From an uncultured Clostridia bacterium (GTDB lineage Bacteria > Bacillota > Clostridia > Christensenellales > CAG-138), in the NCBI GenBank assembly GCA_947306125.1, contig CAMZFO010000003.1, positions 1-57,194 on the forward strand: a stretch of DNA of 57,194 nt, in the 5' to 3' direction. Positions within the stretch are counted from its first letter, which is position 1, and every line of letters starts with the position of its first letter. The translations under genes were made by a program, and so were the position numbers. The notes beneath the pieces are model-generated. The model searched no databases. It was not told where the DNA came from and saw only the letters and a program-made list of their open reading frames with translations. Below are positions 38,078 to 46,762 of this stretch, in pieces.

Positions 38078-39634
38078 TCATTCCGCGGTGAGGTCGAGCT
38101 TCTTTCCGCCGCCGTCGAGCTTCATCCAGCCGGCGTCGGTGCGGCAGTAAAGCCCGCTTGCGTCCGCGGCGAGCGCCGAGGCGGTGCCTTCATAGACGAA
38201 GCTGCGCTTGGGGTTGCCGCCTGTATTGGAGCAGAGCCTGCCGCCGCTGATGAAAAGCGCTTCCTTGCCGGAGGGGGTGACGACGAGGTCGGTCACGTCC
38301 TTTGCGATGAGCTTTTCGGCGGAGCCCTTCCTGTACATCAGGTCGCCTTCGCCGGTCAGATACCACTGCACGGAGCCGCTGCCGGAGATCCTGAAATCGG
38401 CGCAGTTCTCCGCGAGGGTCTCGGTCGATATGGTCTTGCCCTTCGTGGAGAGGCTCATGAGGCGCGCGCCGTTCAAATAATAGACGTGATCGAAGGCTTT
38501 GTTCGCGACAGCGCTGCCGCAGTCACCGGCGCCGTCAATGGTGACGGTGCCGTCGCGGAAGCTGTATTTGACGAGCTTGCCGCCGGCAAAATAAGCGTTG
38601 TTGAAGCTCTTTACGGGGTACGTGACCGCGCCTTGCGCGCCGGAGCCGCTCATGCAGACTGCGCCGACGGGGATGACGGGGGCGAGGCCGCTGACGGAAT
38701 CGGCGATCTCCTTGGGCTCGGCTCCGTTCACGCTTATCAGAGTAACCGCCCTGTCGGAATCCGCGTTCCCGCCGAAGCCGCAGGTGAATACCGCCTCCTC
38801 ATGGGTGCTGTTGAGGCAGACGCCGCCGCGCAGACCGCTGCGCAGTATGACGCTCTTGCCGCGCCTGTTGATATAGCAGAGCGCGTTGTCCTTGGCGGAA
38901 TATGCGTAAACATGCTTTGCGCCGTTGGAAACGGAGACGGGCTCGAAGCCCTCGCCGAGCTCCTTATACTTGCCGCTGCTGAAGAGGTGCATAACGGGGT
39001 CGCCCTCGACGCAGTATGCGACGGACTTGCCGTCGGGGGAGACGGCGTATCCGTCCTTCACGACCGAATTGCAGATGCAGACGGGAGCGCCGTCCTTCTT
39101 GGCGCAGGCGTGGCTCCAGAGCAGGCCGTTCACGTCCTTGTATATGAGGTATTTCCCGTTGCGGGAGAGGGTGAAGCTTGCGACGTTCCTCGCGACGGGC
39201 GTATCGCGCTCGGGCAGGCAGTAAAGCTCGCCGTTTTCCGCGAGCACGGCGACCTTGCCGCCGCTCATATCCGTTTTGGCGTCGGCGATCTTAAGCTCGG
39301 GGAGCACGGGCGCGCCCTTCCTGAATACCGCCGTACCGTCGGTCACGTTATATGCGCCGGAGACGGGGGAGATGTAATTCCCGCCCCTGCCCGCGAGAGC
39401 TATTATGAGGGCGCAGAGCAGTATCGCAAGAAGCGCAGCGCAGACGGCGACCAAAGTGCGCTTCCCGGAGCTCTTATTCCCGGAGGGGCCGCCGGAGCCG
39501 ATATCTACCGAGCCCAGATCGTCGTCGCCGCCGTCGTTCCTTACGGGGGGCGGGGTAAGGGGGAGAGCCATTCCACAGCGCTTGCAGGTTATGGCTCCGT
39601 CCTTGTTATGCTTGCCGCAGTATGCACATTTCAT
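38078..39634 (-). CDS. Zinc-ribbon, single-pass membrane protein with a Cys-rich beta-propeller-like (TolB-style repeat) outer domain
   Basis: MKCAYCGKHNKDGAITCKRCG preceded by RBS GGAGG. TM LVAVCAALLAILLCALIIALA. Repeats such as SPDGKSVAY. About 13 Cys residues outside the membrane. Confidence 0.65.
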   Translation of the reverse strand: MKCAYCGKHNKDGAITCKRCGMALPLTPPPVRNDGGDDDLGSVDIGSGGPSGNKSSGKRTLVAVCAALLAILLCALIIALAGRGGNYISPVSGAYNVTDGTAVFRKGAPVLPELKIADAKTDMSGGKVAVLAENGELYCLPERDTPVARNVASFTLSRNGKYLIYKDVNGLLWSHACAKKDGAPVCICNSVVKDGYAVSPDGKSVAYCVEGDPVMHLFSSGKYKELGEGFEPVSVSNGAKHVYAYSAKDNALCYINRRGKSVILRSGLRGGVCLNSTHEEAVFTCGFGGNADSDRAVTLISVNGAEPKEIADSVSGLAPVIPVGAVCMSGSGAQGAVTYPVKSFNNAYFAGGKLVKYSFRDGTVTIDGAGDCGSAVANKAFDHVYYLNGARLMSLSTKGKTISTETLAENCADFRISGSGSVQWYLTGEGDLMYRKGSAEKLIAKDVTDLVVTPSGKEALFISGGRLCSNTGGNPKRSFVYEGTASALAADASGLYCRTDAGWMKLDGGGKKLDLTAE

Positions 39635-39681
39635 AAGCTGCCTCCTGGTTCGTTTTTCTTTTGCCGCTGTATTTTACCCGA

Positions 39682-40068
39682 TCATTCCTCGGGGTCGTCG
39701 CTTCCGTAAACGCCCTTGAGCTCGTTCAATGAGGCGCGGTCGGTCTCTTCCATGACCTCTTTTATCAGCGAGACGATCTGCTCGGGCTTTAACACCTTGC
39801 CCGCCGAAACGAGCCTGCCGTCGACGATGAGCGAAGGCGTGGTCATTACGCCGAGCTTTGCGATCCCGGCAAAATCCGATATGCATTCGAGCTCATGCTC
39901 GAGTCCGAGCTCGCGCACGGCCTGCTTAGTGTTTTCGCGCATGGCGGAGCAGTGCGAGCACCCCGTCGCGCAGATCTTGATCCTTGCGCCGCCGACAGCG
40001 TCGGGAAGCAGGGGCCGAGTCTTCGCCCTGCGCTTCTGCTTCACGTCAAGTATCCTGATTATAGCCAT
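39682..40068 (-). CDS. Thioredoxin_3-type small redox protein (CxxC)
   Basis: IKICATGCSHCSAMRENTKQAV...MTTPSLIVDGRLVSAGKV. There is an unusual basic N-terminal extension of about 28 aa, so the start is uncertain. It overlaps the ccdA stop. Confidence 0.7.
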   Translation of the reverse strand: MAIIRILDVKQKRRAKTRPLLPDAVGGARIKICATGCSHCSAMRENTKQAVRELGLEHELECISDFAGIAKLGVMTTPSLIVDGRLVSAGKVLKPEQIVSLIKEVMEETDRASLNELKGVYGSDDPEE

Positions 40069-40814
40069 ATTATCCCTTTCCGGAACAGTACGCCGTGCTC
40101 ATGCGCTTGCCCGAGGATACCTTCGCTGAAGGCCTCCCACAGCAGCCAGAGAGCGGCGAGCAGTATTATTATACCGAGAATTATCTTGATGATCCGCCCT
40201 ATCCTTTCGTATTTGGGGCTTTCCGCGATGCGCTGCACGAGCCCGGTGGAGGTCCCGGCGATAACGGAGAGTATCGCGTGGCCCACGGAGAAGAAGAGCA
40301 GCAGCACTATACCCGAAAGTATGCGGCCCTGGTCTATCACGACCGCCAGCAGGGCGACTATGACGGGAGTCGCGCAGTGTGCGGAGAATACTCCGGCAAG
40401 CAGCCCGGCAACGAAAGCGCCCCAGGCGCCCTTCAGCCTGTTCCCGGCGGCGATGGAGGAGGTGGGAATGAGATCGACGACGCCCCACATCTGCAGCGCC
40501 ATGAGCACGAGTATCACCGCGAGTATCAGATGCATCCATATCTCCGCCTTTTCAAGCAGGAGCCCCGCGAGGGAGGCGATCACGCCGAGGGTGATAAAAG
40601 TGATAGACGAGCCCAGAGCAAAGAGCAGGGAGAGTATCAGCGCCCTCTTTCCCCTCGTTTCCGCGCCTCCGACGCAGCCTATCACGAGGGGCACGGTCGA
40701 GAGCGAGCAGGGCATGAGCGATGTGACTATGCCGCCTAAAAGAGCTATGACGGGAGCGAGCCAGGTGCTCTCCGTAAGCGCGTTGGATATGGCGGTCAAT
40801 ACCTGTTCCATCAT
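40059..40814 (-). CDS. ccdA: Cytochrome c biogenesis / thiol-disulfide transporter CcdA (DsbD family)
   Basis: Six-TM protein with LMPCSLSTVPLVIG and FSAHCATPV conserved Cys motifs. GGAGG precedes ATG 40814. Confidence 0.85.
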   Translation of the reverse strand: MMEQVLTAISNALTESTWLAPVIALLGGIVTSLMPCSLSTVPLVIGCVGGAETRGKRALILSLLFALGSSITFITLGVIASLAGLLLEKAEIWMHLILAVILVLMALQMWGVVDLIPTSSIAAGNRLKGAWGAFVAGLLAGVFSAHCATPVIVALLAVVIDQGRILSGIVLLLFFSVGHAILSVIAGTSTGLVQRIAESPKYERIGRIIKIILGIIILLAALWLLWEAFSEGILGQAHEHGVLFRKGIIWL

Positions 40815-40953
40815 TAAGCCTCCGTTGATGCATATCATCACAACTACCATAATAATACATCGGCCGATAAAATGCAATGCCTTTTTTGCTTTTCACGGGG
40901 AGCGTGCTGTGGTATAATTACATGGAAAGCATCGTGAGAGGAGCGGAACCGCA

Positions 40954-41478
40954 ATGGATACAGACGGACTTTCCCCGATGGAAAGGGGGCCTGAAGAGGC
41001 GCTTGAAAAGGCCGGGATAGGCTTTATAAGGCTCGCCCATCCGGAGGCCGATACGATGGAAAAATGCAGGGGGATAGGGGAGGAATACGGCGCGAGGCAC
41101 TGCAAGAACCTGTTCCTTGCCAACAAGCACGGGACGAATTTCTTCCTGCTGCTTATGGATCCCGATAAGCCCTACAGGACGAGCGAAGTCAGCCGCAAGC
41201 TGGGCTCCACGCGCCTGAGCTTCGGCACGCCGGAGCAGCTTTACGCGGTGCTCGGGCTCAGGCCCGGCTCGGTTTCCGTTATGGGGCTTGTGAACGAATG
41301 CGCGAGGAAGGCATATGATGAAGGGAGGCTCCATATCGCCATAGACGGCGCGCTCCTGTCCCGCGAGCGGATTTGCGTCCATCCCAATACCGGCGAAGCG
41401 ACGCTCGTGCTCGCCACGAAGGATCTTATAAGGTTCCTTGAAAGCGGGGGCTTTGAGTACGCCGAGGTTTCGATATGA
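40954..41478 (+). CDS. YbaK/ProX-type aminoacyl-tRNA editing domain protein
   Basis: HCKNLFLANKHGTNFFLLLM...LGLRPGSVSVMGL pattern of the prolyl-tRNA synthetase-associated domain. Confidence 0.75.
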   Translation: MDTDGLSPMERGPEEALEKAGIGFIRLAHPEADTMEKCRGIGEEYGARHCKNLFLANKHGTNFFLLLMDPDKPYRTSEVSRKLGSTRLSFGTPEQLYAVLGLRPGSVSVMGLVNECARKAYDEGRLHIAIDGALLSRERICVHPNTGEATLVLATKDLIRFLESGGFEYAEVSI

Positions 41479-41550
41479 GGCATTTTGGCTATTGCAGTCG
41501 AAGGTTTTTTGCGATATAATAAAATGTAAGAACGATCGGAGGTGTGCTTA

Positions 41551-41979
41551 ATGGAAGAAGAAAGATGCATGCTGTTCTCTTTCCTGACGGGGAACGTGTT
41601 TGCCGCGATACTGCATTTTATCTGCGCCGTGTCGGGCTGGTGCTGCCTTGTGTTCCCGATCCTTTCCGCGATCCTTTTCCTGCTTGAAAGGAACGGCAAG
41701 GCAAGGGCGGCCTGTATCCATACCGGGCTTATCTCCCTCGTGACTGCCGCGCTCGCCGCCGTGCCGCTGATACTCTGGCTTATAATCAGGGGCGTCACGC
41801 ACGCATCCGGCGCTTTCTACGTGGTCTGCACGGTGCTCTTTGCAGGCGCCGCCGCGCTGATCTGCTTCGCGCTGTTCGTCGTCGAGATCGCCTGCGGGGT
41901 AAAGTCCCTGAAGGGAGAGCCCGTAGAGGTCCCGTTCATCACCGGTTGGGTCGCCGGCATCGCGGAGAAGCTGAGCTGA
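41551..41979 (+). CDS. Hypothetical four-TM membrane protein
   Basis: GGAGG precedes ATG 41551. Hydrophobic throughout, with no motif I recognise. Confidence 0.5.
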   Translation: MEEERCMLFSFLTGNVFAAILHFICAVSGWCCLVFPILSAILFLLERNGKARAACIHTGLISLVTAALAAVPLILWLIIRGVTHASGAFYVVCTVLFAGAAALICFALFVVEIACGVKSLKGEPVEVPFITGWVAGIAEKLS

Positions 41980-41995
41980 GTTTTATGTATTCATG

Positions 41996-42022
41996 CCGGG
42001 GGTGACGAACCCCCGGTTTTTT
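41996..42022 (+). terminator. Rho-independent terminator
   Basis: CCGGGGG-TGACGAA-CCCCCGG stem-loop followed by TTTTTT. Confidence 0.8.
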
Positions 42023-42045
42023 GCTGCAAAGCCCTGCCTGTGCAT

Positions 42046-42074
42046 TTGACAAAGACTTCATTATATGGTAAAAT
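42046..42074 (+). promoter_or_regulatory. Sigma-A-type promoter of the SGNH-DUF4358-MBOAT operon
   Basis: TTGACA, 17 nt spacer, TAAAAT. Confidence 0.55.
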
Positions 42075-42123
42075 GATAGGTAGATTATTCTGGTCAATTA
42101 CAAGATATGGAAAGGATATTGAA

Positions 42124-43062
42124 ATGAAGAAGCTTTTCTGCTTTCTGATCGTCGCCTCCCTGCTGCTGGGCTTTGCCGCCTGCGGGCGCGGGAACGAGGT
42201 CATTATAAATATCGGCGATCCCACTGCCGAGCCCGCGCAGACCGAGCCGGCTTCCGATGCGCCCACCGCCGAGCCCGCCGTGACCGAGACTCCGGCCGTC
42301 ACGGATACCCCCGCTCCCACGGAAGCGCCGGATTTCACTCCCGAGCCCACCGCGGTTCCCGATCTGCCCGCCGGCCAGGTGCTCTGGCTGAACACCATGC
42401 CCCTTGACCTTTACGGCGTGTCCGAAGCGGACGCCGAGGCCTGGTTCTCCGACGCGGTGTTCGTCGGCGATTCCATAATGCTCGGCTGGAAGAATTATAA
42501 CAACACCATGCTCGAGTCCAACCCGAACTTCTTCGGGCAGACGCATTTCCTCTGCGAGGGCAGCTACGGCGCGGGCCACGCGCTCGAGCCCGTGTCCGAT
42601 AAGAGCCTGCATCCCCTCTATCAGGGCAAGCAGCAGCTCCTCTGGGATTCCATAAGCCAGATGGGCGCGAAGAAGGCGTTCATCTGCTTCGGCCTCAACG
42701 ACGTCGCCATATACGGAGTGGAGGGCACGGCGAACAATTTCCGCACTCTCTGCGGCAATATCACCGATAATTCCGCCGATACCGAGATATACATAATAAG
42801 CGCAATGTACCTGATCGACGATTCCAACATGAAGGCGCTCACCAACGCCAATCTCAGGAAGTTGAACGGGCTTTTGAGGGATATGTGCGACGAGCGCGGC
42901 TATACCTTCGTCGATATCGCGAGCCATCTCGTAGGCCCCGACGGATATCTCAAGGCCGAGTACTGCAGCGATAATTACGTTCACCAGACCACCGCCGCTT
43001 ACGTCGTTTGGGCGCAGATATTAAGGAGCGTCGCCGCCCGCGATATCAAGTTCGGCAGCTGA
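42124..43062 (+). CDS. SGNH/GDSL hydrolase-fold lipoprotein
   Basis: Lipobox LLLGFAACG, PT-rich linker, FVGDSIMLGW block I, and GLND block. Confidence 0.8.
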   Translation: MKKLFCFLIVASLLLGFAACGRGNEVIINIGDPTAEPAQTEPASDAPTAEPAVTETPAVTDTPAPTEAPDFTPEPTAVPDLPAGQVLWLNTMPLDLYGVSEADAEAWFSDAVFVGDSIMLGWKNYNNTMLESNPNFFGQTHFLCEGSYGAGHALEPVSDKSLHPLYQGKQQLLWDSISQMGAKKAFICFGLNDVAIYGVEGTANNFRTLCGNITDNSADTEIYIISAMYLIDDSNMKALTNANLRKLNGLLRDMCDERGYTFVDIASHLVGPDGYLKAEYCSDNYVHQTTAAYVVWAQILRSVAARDIKFGS

Positions 43063-43095
43063 CCCAGTTAACAAACCGAAAGGATAAACAATAAA

Positions 43096-43602
43096 ATGAA
43101 GAAGCTCATCACCGTTTTCGCACTTGCTGCGCTCTGCGTGGTCATTGCGCTCGGCTCCGTTGCGTGCAAGGGCAGCGACAAGCCCGCGAACGACGTTCCC
43201 TCCGCCGTTACCACCAAGTCTCCCGCCGAGATCTATAACGCCGTCGCCGCCGTCGCCAAGTTCGACGGCATGACCGTCGTCCCCACCCGCGATTATACCG
43301 ATATCTACGGCATCGATCCCGCCAAGGTCGATTCTTCCGTCTGGTATATGTCCGAAAATCCCTCTCTTAACGCGGACGAGGTCGCCATATTCAAGCTCAG
43401 CGACGAGACCTATGCCGAGGAGCTTTCCAAGCTCTTCAAGGACAGGATCGCCCGTCAGCTCCAGGTCGCCGAGACCTACAGCCCCGCCGAAGCCTCCAAG
43501 CTGGAGAACGCCGAGGTCGTTGTCAACGGCAGCTGGGTGTACTACTGCGTCGGCGCCGAAGCCGAGGCCATGATGAAGGTTCTCAGGAGCGAGATCAAGT
43601 AA
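43096..43602 (+). CDS. DUF4358 family lipoprotein
   Basis: Lipobox LGSVAC. The pattern ...DEVAIFKLSDETYAEELSKLFKDRI... is typical of DUF4358. Confidence 0.7.
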   Translation: MKKLITVFALAALCVVIALGSVACKGSDKPANDVPSAVTTKSPAEIYNAVAAVAKFDGMTVVPTRDYTDIYGIDPAKVDSSVWYMSENPSLNADEVAIFKLSDETYAEELSKLFKDRIARQLQVAETYSPAEASKLENAEVVVNGSWVYYCVGAEAEAMMKVLRSEIK

Positions 43603-43605
43603 CAG

Positions 43606-45087
43606 ATGGTCTTTTCAAGCCTGCTGTTTTTATCGATATTCTTCCCTGCGGTGCTGGCTCTGTATTATCTGATACCGAACCGGCTTTACCGCAATATTGT
43701 GCTGTGCGTAACCAGCCTGTTCTTCTATGCCTGGGGAGAGCCCGTCTGCTTCTTCATCATGGTCTTCTCGATCCTGATGAACTATACGGCGGGCCTGCTC
43801 ATGGGCCGGTTCAGGAGCCGCGGCAGGCACGGCGCCGCAAAGGCAGCGCTTATCACCGCCATCGCTCTGAATCTTTTGATGCTCGGTGTTTTCAAGTACA
43901 CTCCGCTCGTATTCGACACGCTCAAGGGCATTTTCCCCGCGCTCAAGGACGTTCCCACTCCCATCGCAAAGCAGCTCATTTACGACGCGCTTGCCAAAAA
44001 GTTCACCGGGCTTAAGGATTTCGAGGTAGGCGCGGAGGGCATGCTGCCCATCGGCATATCGTTCTATACCTTCCAGGCCATGAGCTACGTTATCGACGTC
44101 TACCGCGGCGATACCGGGGTGCAGAAGAACCCCATGCTCTTCGGCACTTACGTTGCGCTCTTCCCCCAGCTTATCGCGGGCCCCATCGTACGCTATAAGG
44201 ATATAGAGGATCAGCTCAACGGCAGGCATGAGAATATCGTGCAGGCCGCTTCCGGCATAAAGCTCTTTACTGTCGGTCTGGCAAAAAAGATACTCATTGC
44301 GAATCAGATGGCGGTGCTCTGGAACGCCATCCGCGCGACCCCTTCTTCAAACGGCGCGCTGGGCTCTTGGGTGGGCATACTCGCCTACACTCTCCAGATC
44401 TATTTCGATTTCAGCGGCTATTCCGATATGGCTATCGGCCTTGGCAGGATATTCGGCTTCGAATTCCTCAAGAACTTCGATTATCCCTATATCGCCGAAA
44501 GCATCACCGATTTCTGGCGCAGATGGCATATCTCCCTTTCAACATGGTTCAAGGAGTACGTCTATATCCCCCTGGGCGGCAACCGCAAGGGGATGCCCAG
44601 GCAGATACTCAATCTGCTCATAGTCTGGACGCTCACCGGCCTCTGGCACGGGGCGAGCTGGAATTTCGTGCTGTGGGGGCTGTTTTACGGCATAGTCCTC
44701 ATAATCGAAAAGCTCTTCCTCGGCAGGATCGTCAAAAAGCTTCCCAAGGCACTCCGCCATATATACGCCATGGTGATCGTCATGTTCGGCTGGGCGCTCT
44801 TCGATTTCACGCAGACGCAGGAGCTCTTCGGCTTCCTCGGGAGCATGTTCAGCTTCAAAAACGGCCTCATTTCGCATGACGCGCTCACCCTGACCCTCTC
44901 GTATCTGCCAATACTCCTCGCGGCAATAGTCGGCTCGACCCCGCTCCCCGCAAGGCTCAGGCATAAGCTCGACGGAAAGCGCTGGGCGGAATGGCTCGAT
45001 ATCGCGCTCGTGCTCATCGCCCTCGCGCTCTGCATAGCCTCGCTCGTCGGCAGCGGCTATAACCCGTTCATCTATTTCAGGTTCTGA
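43606..45087 (+). CDS. MBOAT family O-acyltransferase (AlgI/DltB/PatA-like)
   Basis: FSSLLFL...FYAWGEP N-terminus. FWRRWHISLSTWFKEYVYIPLGGNR with the catalytic His. Confidence 0.9.
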   Translation: MVFSSLLFLSIFFPAVLALYYLIPNRLYRNIVLCVTSLFFYAWGEPVCFFIMVFSILMNYTAGLLMGRFRSRGRHGAAKAALITAIALNLLMLGVFKYTPLVFDTLKGIFPALKDVPTPIAKQLIYDALAKKFTGLKDFEVGAEGMLPIGISFYTFQAMSYVIDVYRGDTGVQKNPMLFGTYVALFPQLIAGPIVRYKDIEDQLNGRHENIVQAASGIKLFTVGLAKKILIANQMAVLWNAIRATPSSNGALGSWVGILAYTLQIYFDFSGYSDMAIGLGRIFGFEFLKNFDYPYIAESITDFWRRWHISLSTWFKEYVYIPLGGNRKGMPRQILNLLIVWTLTGLWHGASWNFVLWGLFYGIVLIIEKLFLGRIVKKLPKALRHIYAMVIVMFGWALFDFTQTQELFGFLGSMFSFKNGLISHDALTLTLSYLPILLAAIVGSTPLPARLRHKLDGKRWAEWLDIALVLIALALCIASLVGSGYNPFIYFRF

Positions 45088-45104
45088 TCAAAGAACAATC
45101 AAGG

Positions 45105-45132
45105 CGCCCGAATGCAAAGCGGGCGTTTTTTT
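45105..45132 (+). terminator. Rho-independent terminator after the MBOAT gene
   Basis: CGCCCG-AATGCAAAG-CGGGCG stem-loop followed by TTTTTTT. Confidence 0.7.
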
Positions 45133-45176
45133 ATGCCGCAGTCACGGCGCTTTTTGCCCGTTCCATGAATCATGGA

Positions 45177-45205
45177 TTGACTTTTTATCCCCGGGAAACC
45201 ATAAT
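45177..45205 (+). promoter_or_regulatory. Sigma-A-type promoter for the XRE/lipoprotein/ABC cluster
   Basis: TTGACT, 17 nt spacer, CATAAT. Confidence 0.45.
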
Positions 45206-45235
45206 GGAACCGTAAAACGAAAAGGAGAGCAGATC

Positions 45236-46750
45236 ATGGACACGAAACAGACAGGCAGATTCATAGCCGAGCTCCGCAGGGAGAGCGGATTGACGCAGGA
45301 GGCGCTTGCGGGCAGGCTGAGCGTCACGAACAAGGCGGTCTCCAGATGGGAAACGGGAGCGGGCTTCCCGGACGTCGATTCCATGATGGCTCTGAGCGAG
45401 TTCTTCGGCGTTTCGGTGAACGAGCTGCTTCTGGGCAAAAGGAATCCGCTCCCCGAAGCGAAGCTGGATGAAACCGCCGAGCGGGAGCTTAAAAAGAAGG
45501 AGGAGGCCGAGATCGCCTGCGGCAGCCTCGATCTTTCAGTGAAGAAGCGGAGGCTGACTTGGCTGGCGGCCTGTCTTGCGGTGCTGCTCGCGGCGGTCGG
45601 CGTATTCGCCGCCGTCAGATACTTGCCGCGCCGTGCGGCCCGTCCCGTCGTTGGCGAGGCGGAAAACGAGCGCTGGTTCAGCCCGCTTTCCCTTTACGGC
45701 GTCAGCGCGCCGAATGCGCCGGCAAGGGTAATAGACCTGAAAACCGGCGAGGTGTGGACGGCGTGCCCCGATCCCGAATGCAAACACGCGGAGAACGACG
45801 AAAACTGCTTCTTCAACCGCACGAAATACCGCACGGAGGTGTTTGCCGCGGAGTATCTTGATAATCACGTATTCTTCGCTGCGGGCAAGAAAACGGAAGA
45901 GGGACTTACGACAAAGCTTTACGACCACGACATGAGCTCCGGCAGTATAAGCGAGATCTATGCTTACCCCCTCCGGTTCAGCGAAGCAAAGCTTTACAGC
46001 AACGGCAGCAAGCTTTTCTTCACCGTGCTCGACAGCTCGGAGGGCAAGACCAGGCGCGTTTCGCTGCACGCATACGATCCCAAAAGCGGCGCGGTAACGC
46101 TCGTGGACGAGGACGCCTCGTTCACGCTCGGGGATGAAAGCCCGCTCTTTACCGAAGACGGCTATATCTTCTTCGATCATTATGAGCAGGATAAGGACAG
46201 ACTCTGCTATTGCAGGCGCTCCTTCGACGGCTCCGGCGAGGAATACTTCGATGAGCTGCCCGACGGCGCTCCTCTTGAGGTGTTCGGCTATAGGCTGCAA
46301 AACGGCCTGTTTTCAAACGCATTCACGGGCGGCGTATACGTTGAGGAAGAGAAGCGCTGCATTGCCCTTCCGTGCGGAAGCGGCGAGGGCTTGCCCGAAT
46401 ATTCGGAGCTTATCACCCCGCCCGCCGCTTATGACGGAAGCTTCTATTATCAGACGAAGGGCAATGACGCCGAGGATAACGAGCTCTGCGTTTTCAGCAG
46501 GGAAGGGGACTTGAAGCGCTGCTCCATCAAATGCCCGTATCGCTTCCGCATCACGGCCGCTTATAAGAACGTCGTACTCGGCAGGGTCATATCCAAAGAC
46601 CGCGGCGACGGCAGAACAGTCGATATGAGCACGAAGAATTATCTCATAAGGATCGACCTTACTACCGGCGAGACCGAGCTTTACGATACAGCGGCAAGGA
46701 GCGGCTCGGCAATAAAGACATTCGTATCCGAAATCACATTGAAAGGATAA
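45236..46750 (+). CDS. Membrane-tethered XRE-family HTH regulator with a roughly 370-aa extracytoplasmic domain
   Basis: HTH_3 segment LRRESGLTQEALAGRLSVTNKAVSRWETG. TM LTWLAACLAVLLAAVGVFAAV. Outer domain carries the ACPDPECKHAENDENCFFN motif. Confidence 0.75.
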   Translation: MDTKQTGRFIAELRRESGLTQEALAGRLSVTNKAVSRWETGAGFPDVDSMMALSEFFGVSVNELLLGKRNPLPEAKLDETAERELKKKEEAEIACGSLDLSVKKRRLTWLAACLAVLLAAVGVFAAVRYLPRRAARPVVGEAENERWFSPLSLYGVSAPNAPARVIDLKTGEVWTACPDPECKHAENDENCFFNRTKYRTEVFAAEYLDNHVFFAAGKKTEEGLTTKLYDHDMSSGSISEIYAYPLRFSEAKLYSNGSKLFFTVLDSSEGKTRRVSLHAYDPKSGAVTLVDEDASFTLGDESPLFTEDGYIFFDHYEQDKDRLCYCRRSFDGSGEEYFDELPDGAPLEVFGYRLQNGLFSNAFTGGVYVEEEKRCIALPCGSGEGLPEYSELITPPAAYDGSFYYQTKGNDAEDNELCVFSREGDLKRCSIKCPYRFRITAAYKNVVLGRVISKDRGDGRTVDMSTKNYLIRIDLTTGETELYDTAARSGSAIKTFVSEITLKG

Positions 46751-46762
46751 GGGAGAAAGACC

